Positions 19,852 through 31,500 of a stretch of 64,000 nt of DNA are shown here, in pieces. The notes below the pieces were generated by a model. The model was given only the letters and a program-made list of their open reading frames with translations. It was not told the DNA's origin and did no database searches. Each line of letters starts with the position of its first letter. Position 1 is the first letter of the stretch. Source of the DNA: a virus. The stretch lies in IMG/VR virus record IMGVR_UViG_3300006754_000014, positions 4,685 to 68,684 of that record; one strand, written 5' to 3'. The translations under genes and the position numbers were made by a program.

Positions 19852-22053
19852 TCAAACCCTACCAGCAACTTCCTCAAAACTAACTCCAGTGCGTGTAGCA
19901 ACGAAGGTTAGTGAGACGAAGTTAATGGACTTGGCAGGCTTCAAGAAGATGTCTGCCCTAAACTCATTATTATCGATGACGTCTGGTGTGTTATTTGTTT
20001 CGTCACAAATAACCAAGAAGTCGTAGAGACCTCTCTTAGATTGTACGTCACGTAGATAAGGTTCTACGATGTTAACGAAGTTAGCACGAGTAATCTCGTC
20101 GTTGAATTCAAATAGCTGTGACTTGGCAGCATTTTCCAAAGATTGTTCAATTGTAAGGAACAACCTTCTAACATTGATTCTATCGAATGCAGAAGAATAA
20201 CCAAGTGCAGTCTTATCACCGAATAGGAGAATTCCTTGACCTTTCTGGAATATAACTGGGTTAACTCTTGCCTTATACAGTTGATCCCTCTCAGCTTGAG
20301 TAGGATTGTATGCAAGTTTAACTGCATTATTAATAATACCGCGTTGCTGACCTGCAGGTGAGTACCAAGGATAGAAATTAACATTGGTCCTAACCATTAA
20401 TCCAGCAATATCACCATTGGTTGGGATATAACGGAATTCATTATTAAACCTATCATAGGTATACTTGTAACCACTATCAAATATTCCGTAGGAAGATGAG
20501 GATAGTGAATTAAAGAATCCAAGAGTGTTATTTGTTTGTGTTGTACTATCAGTTACACCAACAATATTCACCCTATGGTTACCGATACAAGCAACACAGT
20601 CCTTTCTTTCTCCGGCAATTGCAAGAAGTCTAGCAGCCTTAGCCTTAGATTCTCCTTCGTCGGTTAATCCTGGACCCATGATTAGGTAATCTACTTCTTC
20701 TTCATCTTTGTTCTTGAAGTAGTTGTATCCAGTAATAAGATTACCTAGAGTTGCGGTCATACCGTTAGTGGCACTGTAATCAACACCTCCACCGATGGTA
20801 TATGTCTTATTACCAATATTGTTAAAGGTATTACCTTGTGCTTTCCTGCCCCAGGAACCATTTGAAATGGTTACCTTGGTCCATGAAGTAGAGAATCCAG
20901 AAACTTGTGGTTCTACAGCCCAAATAGTATTACCTACACTGGATGGTTCTTTTCCAGCCCAAACATAATTAGAGAAATCTGCAACATAATTCTTATAGTA
21001 GATCTTCAAAGGAGCATTTGCAGAAGATTGTGCATCAAGTGCCTTGGATAGTGAGATATGCTTCTCAAGGATATTACCCTTGATGCCAGTTACATCTCCA
21101 TTATCATCAACAATTACAACGTGAAGTGCATCGTTCTTACCTTGTCTATCGGTAACGAAAGAGTTATCTGTTGGTTTCGAAGCAATCGAATTCCAATATA
21201 CAGTACCATTAGCCAACCCAAGGGTTTGCTGATCGTACCAATCTAAAGCACTAGCAGCTGTCCTAGCAATTACGGAATCTGCACCCGTTTGATTTGCTCC
21301 AGAATTATTTACTAAGTAGATAGTTCCCGACTTAGCATACGAATAAGTTCCACCCTTTTCATAAGATACCGCCGTTTCCGTACCAGCATAAGATACCCTA
21401 GATGTAACTCGTACATTAATTGAACTATTACTATTTGATGCATCCGTTGTAACACCAGTGATAATACCTTTTAGATATCCACTGAATGTTTCTACAGTAC
21501 CATCTGTATTTGGCAGAGAAACTGCTGCAAGAGCAGTCGTAACACCATAACCAATCGTAGCACCACATCCAGCAAGACTGGTTGTAGCAATACCAATGAT
21601 TTGGTCTGCCGCATTGTCAACCACACAGACTTTTAATCCATCTGACCAGGATCCTGGGTTCTTTCCAGCCCAGAACCAGGTACTATCTGTTTGATGGTTG
21701 TCAACGTAATCTTCATAATTTAGAACTTGTAAACTTGTTGTATTGGTTACAGCGACACCAGCATTCGCATTACTGAGTTCGGTGTCTCCAGCCCTAACAA
21801 CTTTAATAATACCGCCATAGCTTAAAAATGCGCTTGCGGTCATCCAGTACTCATACTGGGCATCGGTGCTAACTGGTTTACCAAAAGTATCAATGAGATC
21901 TTGCTCATTTTGAACTAAGATTGGTTCATTAACTGGACCCTGTGTAAAAGGGCCTGCAATAGCGCCAATATTGTCAAGGACATTTTCGGCTCTTCCTACA
22001 GTTAAATCAACCTCCCTGGTAAGTACACCTGGAGAAAGTAACGCTACCGCCAT
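19852..22053 (-). CDS. g18: Tail sheath protein (gp18)
   Basis: SPGVLTREVDLT, PWYSPAG, SAFDRINVRRLF, KPAKSINFVSL. Confidence 0.98.
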   Translation of the reverse strand: MAVALLSPGVLTREVDLTVGRAENVLDNIGAIAGPFTQGPVNEPILVQNEQDLIDTFGKPVSTDAQYEYWMTASAFLSYGGIIKVVRAGDTELSNANAGVAVTNTTSLQVLNYEDYVDNHQTDSTWFWAGKNPGSWSDGLKVCVVDNAADQIIGIATTSLAGCGATIGYGVTTALAAVSLPNTDGTVETFSGYLKGIITGVTTDASNSNSSINVRVTSRVSYAGTETAVSYEKGGTYSYAKSGTIYLVNNSGANQTGADSVIARTAASALDWYDQQTLGLANGTVYWNSIASKPTDNSFVTDRQGKNDALHVVIVDDNGDVTGIKGNILEKHISLSKALDAQSSANAPLKIYYKNYVADFSNYVWAGKEPSSVGNTIWAVEPQVSGFSTSWTKVTISNGSWGRKAQGNTFNNIGNKTYTIGGGVDYSATNGMTATLGNLITGYNYFKNKDEEEVDYLIMGPGLTDEGESKAKAARLLAIAGERKDCVACIGNHRVNIVGVTDSTTQTNNTLGFFNSLSSSSYGIFDSGYKYTYDRFNNEFRYIPTNGDIAGLMVRTNVNFYPWYSPAGQQRGIINNAVKLAYNPTQAERDQLYKARVNPVIFQKGQGILLFGDKTALGYSSAFDRINVRRLFLTIEQSLENAAKSQLFEFNDEITRANFVNIVEPYLRDVQSKRGLYDFLVICDETNNTPDVIDNNEFRADIFLKPAKSINFVSLTFVATRTGVSFEEVAGRV

Positions 22054-22132
22054 TGTAGTCTCCTCTGAGATTTATTTCCTAAAGATATTTAGAATTTATG
22101 ACTTTTTCGTTGGGGAAACAATACATGAACAA

Positions 22133-22360
22133 CTACCAGTCTGGATATATCCAATCACTAAATGTTCTACGTTCTTTTCTAGTTTTTACAATTCTTTTTA
22201 TGGTACACATCTTACATTCATACGAATAAGCAGAAGGATAATTCTTTCTATCTTTACGTGTTAAATAAAATCCATCAATCAGATCCTTTATTTCTCCACA
22301 AACTCTACATTTCCTTTCTGTAAGTAAATGTTCTAAATCAAATTGATCTTCTAAATTCAT
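22133..22360 (-). CDS. Small Zn-finger-like hypothetical protein
   Basis: CxxC...CxxC (CRVC, CKMC); between g17 and g18. Confidence 0.7.
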   Translation of the reverse strand: MNLEDQFDLEHLLTERKCRVCGEIKDLIDGFYLTRKDRKNYPSAYSYECKMCTIKRIVKTRKERRTFSDWIYPDW

Positions 22361-24007
22361 CTAGTAATACTCCCACATATAAGATCTATCACCATATTCA
22401 TCTACTGTCCATCTATCTCCATCTGCATCTACAAATGATTTATCTTCATTCAACCCATCAGATACAAATCCAAATGGTGCCATATCTTGTTCTATAGCAT
22501 TTTTCTGTTCATCATATAATCTCTTTCTTACATCTTGATCTGTCAATTCCTTAAAATAGTCTTGACATACTAACCAAGCATATATGACCAGACACATTGC
22601 AAGGTCATCATTACAACCTTCTTCTGCCTCAAAAGAATTACTCTTAGATATAAAAGTAGTTAATTCTGAAATACAGTCATAATCAGTAAATAACAACTTA
22701 TCAGACTCAATCATAGTCTTGAGATTCAATGATCCAACCTTTTTAACAGTTTTGGACATCTTAACTCCTAGTTGAGTCTTCTTACCAGAAAACCCTTGTC
22801 CAATAACTTGTCCAGCACGTCCTCTCATTGAAGACATCAAAAGATTAGAATATTCGAGATCATAATTTAAAATAGACGCAACTTGATCTCCAATATCATT
22901 TACTTCACATAAAATGAATGCATTATTATATGCTTTACATGTTTCCCATATAATGTTAGGGAATAACATTGGTTTAATATCATTTTTTCTATACTTACAA
23001 ACCAGTCTATGAGGAAAAGTAGTAATATCAATAACTACAAAAGCAGAATAATCTTCTCCAACACCACGAGCAACGTCTACTGTACAAAGATAATCATGAT
23101 CAGCTTCTGGTTCAACATAAACATCTATACCATTCCCACTCTTTAGGGGAGAATCATATACTAAAGATCTTAATTTTGATGGAGATATAAGAGTATCAAC
23201 AGATCCTAAGAATTCACATTCAAACTCAACTTTAAACTGCTGTTCTGAAGTGTTTGCAATGGTTTGTCTTCTCCATTCATCATCCCTACCAGGAACTTCA
23301 GACCAATGAACTTCAGTAGTCTGATACTCATTCCTATCTTCTTCTGCATCATGCCACATGCGATAAAAATGATTCATACCCTTAGGGGTAGAAACAATTA
23401 TAATCTTGGTTGATTTACCAGATGAAATTGTAGGATAAACTGAACTGAAGAAATCCTCCGCAATATGATTAGGAACGAATGCAAATTCGTCTAAGAATAT
23501 GATGTTAAAAGTCATACCCCGAACTGCAGCAGCAGATGTAGATGCTGCCATAATCTTAGAACCGTTCTCCAGTTCTAAACTACCTTTGTTCCATACAAGA
23601 ATACCCTGTTGCATCCACTTAGGTAAATTCTCATATGCAGTCTGCAATCTTGCTAACAAGTCTCTTGCAGTTGATGCCTTGTTTGCGAGAATACCAATAT
23701 TAACATTGTCATTAAACAAAGCATAATGAAGTAGATATGATACAGACGTAGTAGACTTACCAGTCTGACGAGGCATCATGCAAATATTAAATCTATTTGC
23801 GTGAAACTTTTTAATTAACTTTTCTTGGAATGGCCACATATCAAAAGGCACAAGACCTTCATCAACGTTTACAATCTTAATAAATTTTCTAGCGAAATAT
23901 ACGGGATCATCTTTGCACTTGATGAATTCCTTAATCTGTTCTTCGTGAAATTCAATTGGCGTATTCGCTTTCTTTAAAAGCGGATTACCAAGATATACAT
24001 CAGGCAT
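22361..24007 (-). CDS. g17: Terminase large subunit (gp17)
   Basis: YLGNPLLK, PRQTGKST, FLDEFAF, VSTPKG, VDVARG, NDDLAM; uninterrupted (no intein or intron seen). Confidence 0.98.
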   Translation of the reverse strand: MPDVYLGNPLLKKANTPIEFHEEQIKEFIKCKDDPVYFARKFIKIVNVDEGLVPFDMWPFQEKLIKKFHANRFNICMMPRQTGKSTTSVSYLLHYALFNDNVNIGILANKASTARDLLARLQTAYENLPKWMQQGILVWNKGSLELENGSKIMAASTSAAAVRGMTFNIIFLDEFAFVPNHIAEDFFSSVYPTISSGKSTKIIIVSTPKGMNHFYRMWHDAEEDRNEYQTTEVHWSEVPGRDDEWRRQTIANTSEQQFKVEFECEFLGSVDTLISPSKLRSLVYDSPLKSGNGIDVYVEPEADHDYLCTVDVARGVGEDYSAFVVIDITTFPHRLVCKYRKNDIKPMLFPNIIWETCKAYNNAFILCEVNDIGDQVASILNYDLEYSNLLMSSMRGRAGQVIGQGFSGKKTQLGVKMSKTVKKVGSLNLKTMIESDKLLFTDYDCISELTTFISKSNSFEAEEGCNDDLAMCLVIYAWLVCQDYFKELTDQDVRKRLYDEQKNAIEQDMAPFGFVSDGLNEDKSFVDADGDRWTVDEYGDRSYMWEYY

Positions 24008-24017
24008 AATAAAACTC

Positions 24018-24188
24018 CTACGTCATTTCATATTTACCAAAATTTAGATGTCCCTTTGGCTCTTTTAGTAGTTTCTTATTGTGTTCTATGGTCATATCAT
24101 ATAGTTTTTTTAAATTATCTGCGGTTTCTTTTAACTTCTGAATCTCTCTATCTACCTCCCCTTTGGTATGACTGGTTGAGATGGTCAT
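24018..24188 (-). CDS. Small hypothetical protein (56 aa)
   Basis: MTISTSHTKGEVDREIQKLKETADNLKKLYDMTIEHNKK...; fills the gap before g17. Confidence 0.55.
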   Translation of the reverse strand: MTISTSHTKGEVDREIQKLKETADNLKKLYDMTIEHNKKLLKEPKGHLNFGKYEMT

Positions 24189-24510
24189 TAGTCTGGCCCT
24201 TTGATTGTTTTTCTTCCGGCATCTGGATCAAAGGCATGTTCGGATTTAAATGCGAAACGGTTCTATTATAGAGAATAGCTCCTGGATATACTTTGCGTAC
24301 GGCATCAAGTACATCTTTTTTTGTTGGCATTCTTGTTTGAGGGAAAAACATTTGGCTTACATATGTTTTTGATCTCCAACCAAATACAACTGTTAGGATT
24401 TGCCCAGTCTTTGATTGAAGCCTATGTAATTCGTTAAGATCTACCTTTTTGTTTTTCTCTTCTTTAAATTGTTTTAGGAGTTCCTGTACCCACTTGGTTT
24501 TATCGGACAT
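24148..24510 (-). CDS. Hypothetical late protein (possible head protein)
   Basis: 120-aa ORF between g16 and g17 with TATAAATA at 24540-24547 and an LNE candidate gp21 cleavage site. Confidence 0.65.
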   Translation of the reverse strand: MSDKTKWVQELLKQFKEEKNKKVDLNELHRLQSKTGQILTVVFGWRSKTYVSQMFFPQTRMPTKKDVLDAVRKVYPGAILYNRTVSHLNPNMPLIQMPEEKQSKGQTNDHLNQSYQRGGR

Positions 24511-24542
24511 ATTGCATGACAGAGACAGATACCTACTTATAT

Positions 24543-24977
24543 TTATATTTTCTTATTATTGTCGGTTTGTTGTTTCAATAATTTCGATAATTCACTAGTG
24601 GACCCAACAAAAAGTGCATTAGTAACATTCGTTGGACCAGATTTGTCTTCATCCAAATCTTTCATTTTCTTATGCAAATCAGCAAGTTTATCCGTTGTGT
24701 CTGAGACGCTTTTAAGGATTTGACCTACTACTTCATAAGCTCTTGGAGAATCAGTTTCTTGAGCTAACTCTAAAACACCGTTTAATGCTTCTTGTCCCTT
24801 TTCAATTAACGAATATAAATTACCCCTAGTATAATCATAGTCCTTACCTATATCAATACCAGAAGATTTTATTTCATCAACTGTTTTTTTAAATTTAGTA
24901 ACTTCGGCTTCAATAATAGGTCCAGTAGTACTGGGAAGATTAAATTCACTATTTAAAGCATTATATTTTTCTTTCAT
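24543..24977 (-). CDS. g16: Terminase small subunit (gp16)
   Basis: DYDYTRGNLYSLIEKG, SPRAYEV, NALFVGSTSEL. Confidence 0.93.
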   Translation of the reverse strand: MKEKYNALNSEFNLPSTTGPIIEAEVTKFKKTVDEIKSSGIDIGKDYDYTRGNLYSLIEKGQEALNGVLELAQETDSPRAYEVVGQILKSVSDTTDKLADLHKKMKDLDEDKSGPTNVTNALFVGSTSELSKLLKQQTDNNKKI

Positions 24978-24979
24978 AA

Positions 24980-26032
24980 TTAAACGTCTTCATTTTGAGA
25001 TGGACTATACTGTTTGAAGTCTTGGAAGAATGAAGTGGTTTCATTGAATCCAAAATCATCACCCATTTCGATCAAATCATCATCAGCAGATGTGATAAGA
25101 TTTACGGGTTGACCAGCAACATGTTCTGCAACAGCTGTCTGATCTTGACCTCTCTTGACTTTAAGTGTATTACCAGTCTTAGATCTGACATATAGTTCCT
25201 CATCATTTATATTAATATAAGTTTCTTTACTGATACCACTAGCACTAACAACCTTAATGGTAGTATCCTCAAGACCTACATTCTCGGAGAGAGTAGTAAC
25301 AGCGTCATCGTTATAATCTGTTGTTGCCCTTGGAGTAACAGCATATCTCATCTCCCTTCTTGGATTCTTCGTATCCATATTGGTCATATAATCAATAGTA
25401 GACCTCTTGATAATACCACTGGAATCTGTAGGAATTGGTCCAAACAAATAAGTCTGAGCAGTAAAAGCTAAAGTATAAACAATAACTCTTCTACTAGAAT
25501 AATCACCTTCATAATCATCTTGCATTGAAATATTATCTAAGATAACTGGAATATCTCTTTTTTCTCCAATTTCTTTAATTAAATTAACTGTTAAAGTAAA
25601 ATGTGGTTGGAAATATGGTACAACCTGTTCTACAAGTTGAAGTGCATCTTCATTTGTTTTTGCCATAAGTGACAACTCAAATTTCACATCATATGGAACA
25701 GGCATATAAACTTTTCTAGTAGCAGTTTTTTCGCCTATAGGTACAGTTTTAAATGATTGAGTTGTTGAAGTCTTTCTTCTTGGAGCATACTCAATACCAG
25801 TCATCTCAAAAGATAACCTAGGTAAAGTAATCTGAACAGGTTTATTTAAATCTGCATCTTGTTGTTCAATACGTGCTAAAAATTTCTGTGTCGGTCCATA
25901 GGCCAAAGGAACCTTCATCCGGCTGATAGTCTTAGAATCGCCATCAACTTTCCGAATTTCTATTTTATTAAAGAGACTACCAAAACTAATAACAGTTTTT
26001 CTCAATATGGAGTGATAGAAATATTCAAACAC
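24980..26032 (-). CDS. g15: Tail sheath stabilizer/terminator (gp15)
   Basis: FEYFYH..LRK....FG.LFN, VPLAYGP..KF, LPRLSFE, EQVVPYFQP. Confidence 0.94.
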   Translation of the reverse strand: MFEYFYHSILRKTVISFGSLFNKIEIRKVDGDSKTISRMKVPLAYGPTQKFLARIEQQDADLNKPVQITLPRLSFEMTGIEYAPRRKTSTTQSFKTVPIGEKTATRKVYMPVPYDVKFELSLMAKTNEDALQLVEQVVPYFQPHFTLTVNLIKEIGEKRDIPVILDNISMQDDYEGDYSSRRVIVYTLAFTAQTYLFGPIPTDSSGIIKRSTIDYMTNMDTKNPRREMRYAVTPRATTDYNDDAVTTLSENVGLEDTTIKVVSASGISKETYININDEELYVRSKTGNTLKVKRGQDQTAVAEHVAGQPVNLITSADDDLIEMGDDFGFNETTSFFQDFKQYSPSQNEDV

Positions 26033-26067
26033 TTTTTTAGATCTTTCTAATAGTACTATTTAACAGT

Positions 26068-27438
26068 TTAAACTTCACCGAAAGGATTGCGTTCAGTAAA
26101 GTCCAAAATGCCATCTGCCGATGTTTGTATTGGAATGTTCTCAGCAAATGTATCATCTTGATCCTGCTGTTCTGATTGTTGAGACTTCAGTATATAAACA
26201 GCACCAGATTCAGCTCCTGTTATAGTTTCCCCTTTACTAAAGATACCAGTAGCTATTCCCACTCTAAGAACACCAGATCCATCCCACCACTTCTTAACCA
26301 AAGCAGTGGCACCAGTTGTTCCACCAGTTACTTTTTCATTGTAAACATAAGTTCCACCTGTAGCCGTAGTTGGTCCAGTGAGTGTAATTGTTGGTGCAAG
26401 AGTATATCCAGCACCTGCATTAGTAACATATATTGCAGTAACAATACCAGAAGTACTCATTGTTGCAATACCTGTTGCAGTTACCGTAACTCCTGTTCCA
26501 AGAGGAGCAGAGAATGTAACTGTTGGAGTACCAGAATAATTAGTTCCACCATTAGTAACAGTAACAACCCCAACAGCACCAGTCGTAGCAATTCCAACTG
26601 TGGCAGCAACTCCTACCCCATAACCATCACCAGTATTGAATATGACCGCAGGAGCAGATGAATATCCAGTACCTGGATTTGTAATATAAATCGCATCTAC
26701 AGAATTATCATCTAAAATTGCATATCCAGTTGCAGTTGTTCCAGATCCAGGAGCTGCAAATGTTACAGTAGGGGCAGTAATGAATCCATATCCCCCATCC
26801 AATAACGTAACATACTGGACACCACCATTTCTAACTGTAGTAATACCAGTAGCAGTAGTACCTGTAGAAGCTAGATTTAATCTTTCGGTATATCCAATTT
26901 CTATTATTTCATCATCAATTGCAGCAACTCCAGTGTCAACAACTTCATCTTCATAACGGAAGAGTTCACACTTAAGTTTATAAACGTAATTCTTTTTTAG
27001 TTGATAGAATGGATCTTCGTGTTCAACGAATTTGATCTCAAACAATCTATCACCTAATGGAAAATATATTAAATCTCCTTCTTTTGGTCTAGTGGAAAGT
27101 TTTATATTTGCCTCGTCTTTCATTAAGGGAGCGATATAAGTTTCAAATCTCTCTCTAGAAATAGTAAGAGTTAAATCATCTTCAATAGATAATCCAAACT
27201 TAGAGAATACATCTCCAGCTCCTTCATATCCAGCAAAAGTTTCAACATAAGCCTCTATAGGATAAGCATCATCAAATTTAGACTGAATAACTTCCTGTAT
27301 TACAGTGTTTGTTGTCATATATTTACGAGGAATATAATAACATTCGACACCATAAATTTTAATCTGTTCATTTACTAGACTCTGAACAAGATTTTGCTCT
27401 GTTTTTGAGCCTTGTAGAAAATATGGGTTAAGTACCAT
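26068..27438 (-). CDS. g14: Neck protein (gp14) with Gly/Thr-rich beta repeats
   Basis: LNPYF, YYIPR, SKFG, RPKEGDLIYFP, PFYQL, DFTERNPFG. Confidence 0.94.
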   Translation of the reverse strand: MVLNPYFLQGSKTEQNLVQSLVNEQIKIYGVECYYIPRKYMTTNTVIQEVIQSKFDDAYPIEAYVETFAGYEGAGDVFSKFGLSIEDDLTLTISRERFETYIAPLMKDEANIKLSTRPKEGDLIYFPLGDRLFEIKFVEHEDPFYQLKKNYVYKLKCELFRYEDEVVDTGVAAIDDEIIEIGYTERLNLASTGTTATGITTVRNGGVQYVTLLDGGYGFITAPTVTFAAPGSGTTATGYAILDDNSVDAIYITNPGTGYSSAPAVIFNTGDGYGVGVAATVGIATTGAVGVVTVTNGGTNYSGTPTVTFSAPLGTGVTVTATGIATMSTSGIVTAIYVTNAGAGYTLAPTITLTGPTTATGGTYVYNEKVTGGTTGATALVKKWWDGSGVLRVGIATGIFSKGETITGAESGAVYILKSQQSEQQDQDDTFAENIPIQTSADGILDFTERNPFGEV

Positions 27439-27445
27439 AACTTTT

Positions 27446-28288
27446 TTAACCTATCAGATCGAATGGTGGAGTCTCATAAGTATTAGACATTTTCTCCATT
27501 ATGGCGTCTAATTCCTTTTGTCCATCCTCATAAATCTCTCTACCATTAAGTTCTATTCCACCTGGAAGTTTAACGCCTTGAAATTTAATAAGATTTTGTC
27601 CCCATTGTTTCTTAAGAAGAGCAGTTACATATATTTTTAAGAATGAATCATTCCAAACCTTATAGAAATCATTAGGATCTAATGCCCTGTAACAATCAAC
27701 AACCAAATAATCATCCACACTAGCTTCTGTCCAGTCCATATCAATATACAATCTATCTTGACGTTGGTTAAACCTAACCATTTTCAATGGATTTAGAAGC
27801 CAATCAATATCTTCCATTTTAGTTTTCACCATATCATAAGATAACAATTCAATGGAATCAAAATAATAGATATCATTCAAGAAAATTTGATATTTGATAT
27901 TAAACAAACTAGATCCAATAGTAGAAGAACCACTAAGTCGGAAAAGTTTATTAATTCCTATAATTGAAGAAGGTATTTGAACATAATTAGCATTCTCATA
28001 CCAAGAGAAATTAGTCGAAACTCCAACAATTGAAGAACTGGCTGTTTCTGTTGATATGCCCGTTCCACCCGAACCTTGTGCCCTACCTCTATCAATCATT
28101 TCTTGTGTGACTTGGATTTTCAAATAAGTTTGAATAACCCCATCAAAATGCCGTTCCTGAAAATACTGAACAGCATCATCAATAATATCATCGACTTGTT
28201 CATCAGCAACATTAATCTCCAAGACAGGAGCGCCAAGTTTTCTCTTAGCGTAATCTATTAGTTCTGATCTTGAAGTTGGTTGCGCCAT
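27446..28288 (-). CDS. g13: Neck protein (gp13)
   Basis: RKLGAPVLEINV, K.QWGQNLIKF.GVKLPGGIELNG. Confidence 0.95.
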   Translation of the reverse strand: MAQPTSRSELIDYAKRKLGAPVLEINVADEQVDDIIDDAVQYFQERHFDGVIQTYLKIQVTQEMIDRGRAQGSGGTGISTETASSSIVGVSTNFSWYENANYVQIPSSIIGINKLFRLSGSSTIGSSLFNIKYQIFLNDIYYFDSIELLSYDMVKTKMEDIDWLLNPLKMVRFNQRQDRLYIDMDWTEASVDDYLVVDCYRALDPNDFYKVWNDSFLKIYVTALLKKQWGQNLIKFQGVKLPGGIELNGREIYEDGQKELDAIMEKMSNTYETPPFDLIG

Positions 28289-28307
28289 TTTTAGTCTTTC
28301 CCTGTTA

Positions 28308-28532
28308 TTATTTATTTTTTAATAATTCAGTTAGTAATGATTTAATTTCATCAATATCTGATTTTACTTCAGATAGATCCCTCTCCATCTGATGATTCTT
28401 CTCTTTCTCTTCATTTATCGTTTTAATACGACTAATGTAAGCATTGTAAGAAGTTGCATCAGTGTTAACAATTGCTTGGGTTTGATCATCTCGACACAAT
28501 TCAGGACGACCCTCTACTTTAATATAACTCAT
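28308..28532 (-). CDS. Conserved small coiled-coil protein
   Basis: MSYIKVEG..ELCRD..T.AIVN; sits between the large virion gene and g13. Confidence 0.75.
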   Translation of the reverse strand: MSYIKVEGRPELCRDDQTQAIVNTDATSYNAYISRIKTINEEKEKNHQMERDLSEVKSDIDEIKSLLTELLKNK

Positions 28533-28533
28533 A

Positions 28534-31500
28534 TTATGCGAGAGCAATTGACCTAAAATCTTTAATCCTAGGTGGAGTAGCTTGATTAGTTGAAGTCATA
28601 ATTATCTTAATATCAAAAGCAGTAAATGGTCTAAGATTACTTACATAGAATTCATGATCCCTAAATTCATCATTTTTAGTAGATGGAATAAGAGTATTTG
28701 AAGTTCCATTATTGTTGACAGGATTAACGGTAACACCATATGCGTCAACGTTGCCATATCCAGGGAATAACGTGTAAGTATTCTCAATATTAAAGTCATC
28801 CCCATCATAAGTTCTATAAAGAACTCTCACGTCAGATTGATCTGGCTTATTAATAGCCATTAGTGTTTTAATTGCAGTTGATGGATTCTCAAGAATAATC
28901 TTCTTAGAAACATAAATCGCAGAATGTGGATCACCAGATACTTTGTTAACAGAACCATCAGAAGCAAAGTTATTCACTGGATTGTTAACTCTATTTGATG
29001 TAAGAATCGCACTGATTCTATCAGTATCAATCATTGGCGAGATGTTAGGATCAAGAGTCTCAAGTTGTAATTGTATTGTCATTGATCTCTTGTCTGGAAG
29101 ATTTCCATTCCAAGCATTCTCATTTACCCTAGATCCAACCAATCTAGGTGCTAATAGTGTATTTGGTTCTCCAAGAGTTATGCCAACATATCCTAGATCA
29201 GTGAAATCAACTTCCGTACCATCAATACTCTGACCAGAAATAGATCTCAATTTCGCCTTAAGAATAGTATCTTTTGGTACAACAGTTTGGATATTTGGAG
29301 TAATTGTTTCATATTGAATGTTTTGAGAAGCAGTAACATTCTTACCTCCAGTAACCCTACGCTCATTAAAGAACAACTCAGGCATCGTAGAAGCTGAAGT
29401 TCTATTAACTCCAGAAGTATTCATCCCAACATTAATTACATAATCATCAAGAGTTATTGGTCTAGTTGAAGTTGCAGCTGGACTATAGAGATAATGTGTT
29501 TTATTAATCCTCCGCAAAGATACTCCAGAAACTTCATACTTATAAATCTTCGATCCAGATGGATGAGAAGTTATCCTACTCGCATCAACACCTCTAGATG
29601 ATATACCAGTTAATACGTTTCCAGTGACTCCAGTATAAGAAATAATTTCACCATCTATAGATGCATATCCTGGATTACTAGTAGCAACAGAAACATTTTC
29701 AAATGTCTTAAATTCTGTGGCATTGGTAACCGTAAGATTAGTTGTTGATACTTGAGTCATATCAACTAAAATATTCGTTGGTGCCTTATCTGATTGAACA
29801 TTCTCAACAACAACATAATTTTTAGTAGAATGCATAGAATGATTTCTATGATTCACCTTAAATTGAGTTCCATTATGTAAGGTGTCTACAGTAAGACTAG
29901 CAACACTATTTCCAACAATAGTACTTCCAATACCAGCAGTAACTTCATAACTCAATGTTGATCCTGCACCAGTGGTAAATGTTCCTTGTACTTGATCAAG
30001 AACAAGACTTTCAAATGCACTTAGAATACCAACAGATATTCTAGATCCTTTACCAAGATTGTTATTTCCAATAGAGGCAATACCAACAACATCACCAACA
30101 GAATAATTAGTACCACCATCAGTTATGGTAACAGTACTAATACTACCAGCAACAACACCAATTGTCGCTTTAGCTCCTGATCCATCACCTGTAACCGTTG
30201 TTAATGCGATGCCAGTGTATGCGTAACTACCAGAACTTGGAGTATACCCAACTCCACTGTTTACGATACTCACACCGGATGTCCCACTAAGGACAGAACC
30301 ATTAATTTCAGCAACTATTCCAGTAGCATCGGAATTTCCTTGAGAAATACTTGTTCCGGCTGAAATAATAGATGCATAAGAGGCAGAGAATGTAGAACCT
30401 AATCCTACAGTTGCCTTTTTAGAGAACGTCTCAATTGGATTATTTCTCAAATTAATAATTTGATCATTTCCAAGAGCAAGAACCGGACTTACAAAATCAA
30501 CAAGTGCTGGTGTATTTGTAACAAATTCTGCCTTATATACAGTCATCTTAAGATCTTCTAATTGACTTGGAGTCCATGTAGAAGCATTCTGGGATTTAAA
30601 TAATGATCCCAATAAAGGTTGTTGAGAAACAATTGTTTGATTTGTATTAGGTGATGATGCAGAATCAGTTAATGTTCCAGTTTGATCAGTTTCCCCCATT
30701 CTGGAAATCCAAACACCATACTTAGTGGAATTGGAAAGAAGAACAAATGCATATTCTTTATCTGGTTCCAAATAAACAGGTGAAGGGAATGTGAATGATG
30801 TAGGTATTGTAGCATCCTGAGAAATTTCAACATTACCTGGATCAAGTGTTACAGAACTAAATGGTAAGATAAGTTTTCCTGGAATTCCTTGATCCAGATT
30901 CCTGATCTCACATCTTACTGGAATGCCATTATCATCTTTATGTGCGAAGAATACATCAATATGAGTAAGAGTTACGCCATTTTCCTCTTCAACTATAAAG
31001 GATTGTGCTAAAGGATCACTTCCAGTATAACCACACTTCGCTTTCAAATAGTTAGTATCATATGCCTGGTGTGGATTAGATCTATGATATGAAGTATAAC
31101 TTCTATATCCTGCTGCAGATGCCACCTGTTCAGCCATGGCTCTTGCATTACTGGTCCTAGAACCACCTTGATTGCGGCTCCTACCACTATAACTATACCT
31201 ACCACCACTTCGACCCCGGCCACGACTACCGCTGCTTCCACGACCTCCAGCATAATTACTTAAGAATCCTCTATCATATGCATTATGTGATACTGCATTA
31301 TGGAATGCGGTATAACTTCTATATCCATTTGCTGAAGCAACACTTACAGCAAGAGACCTGATATCACGGCGACCACTATTACTACGACCACGACCACCAC
31401 CTCTACTTCTACGACCACGATTATAACTAGCACCTTGACAATTCTCAGCACCAGGTTGTTGTAGAAGGAAATTTAAATCATATGCACTATGTTGTACATC

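Noticed and set aside
22133-22360. Homing endonuclease between g17 and g18
   Set aside because: Only a CxxC...CxxC module in 75 aa; no HNH or GIY-YIG catalytic motif.
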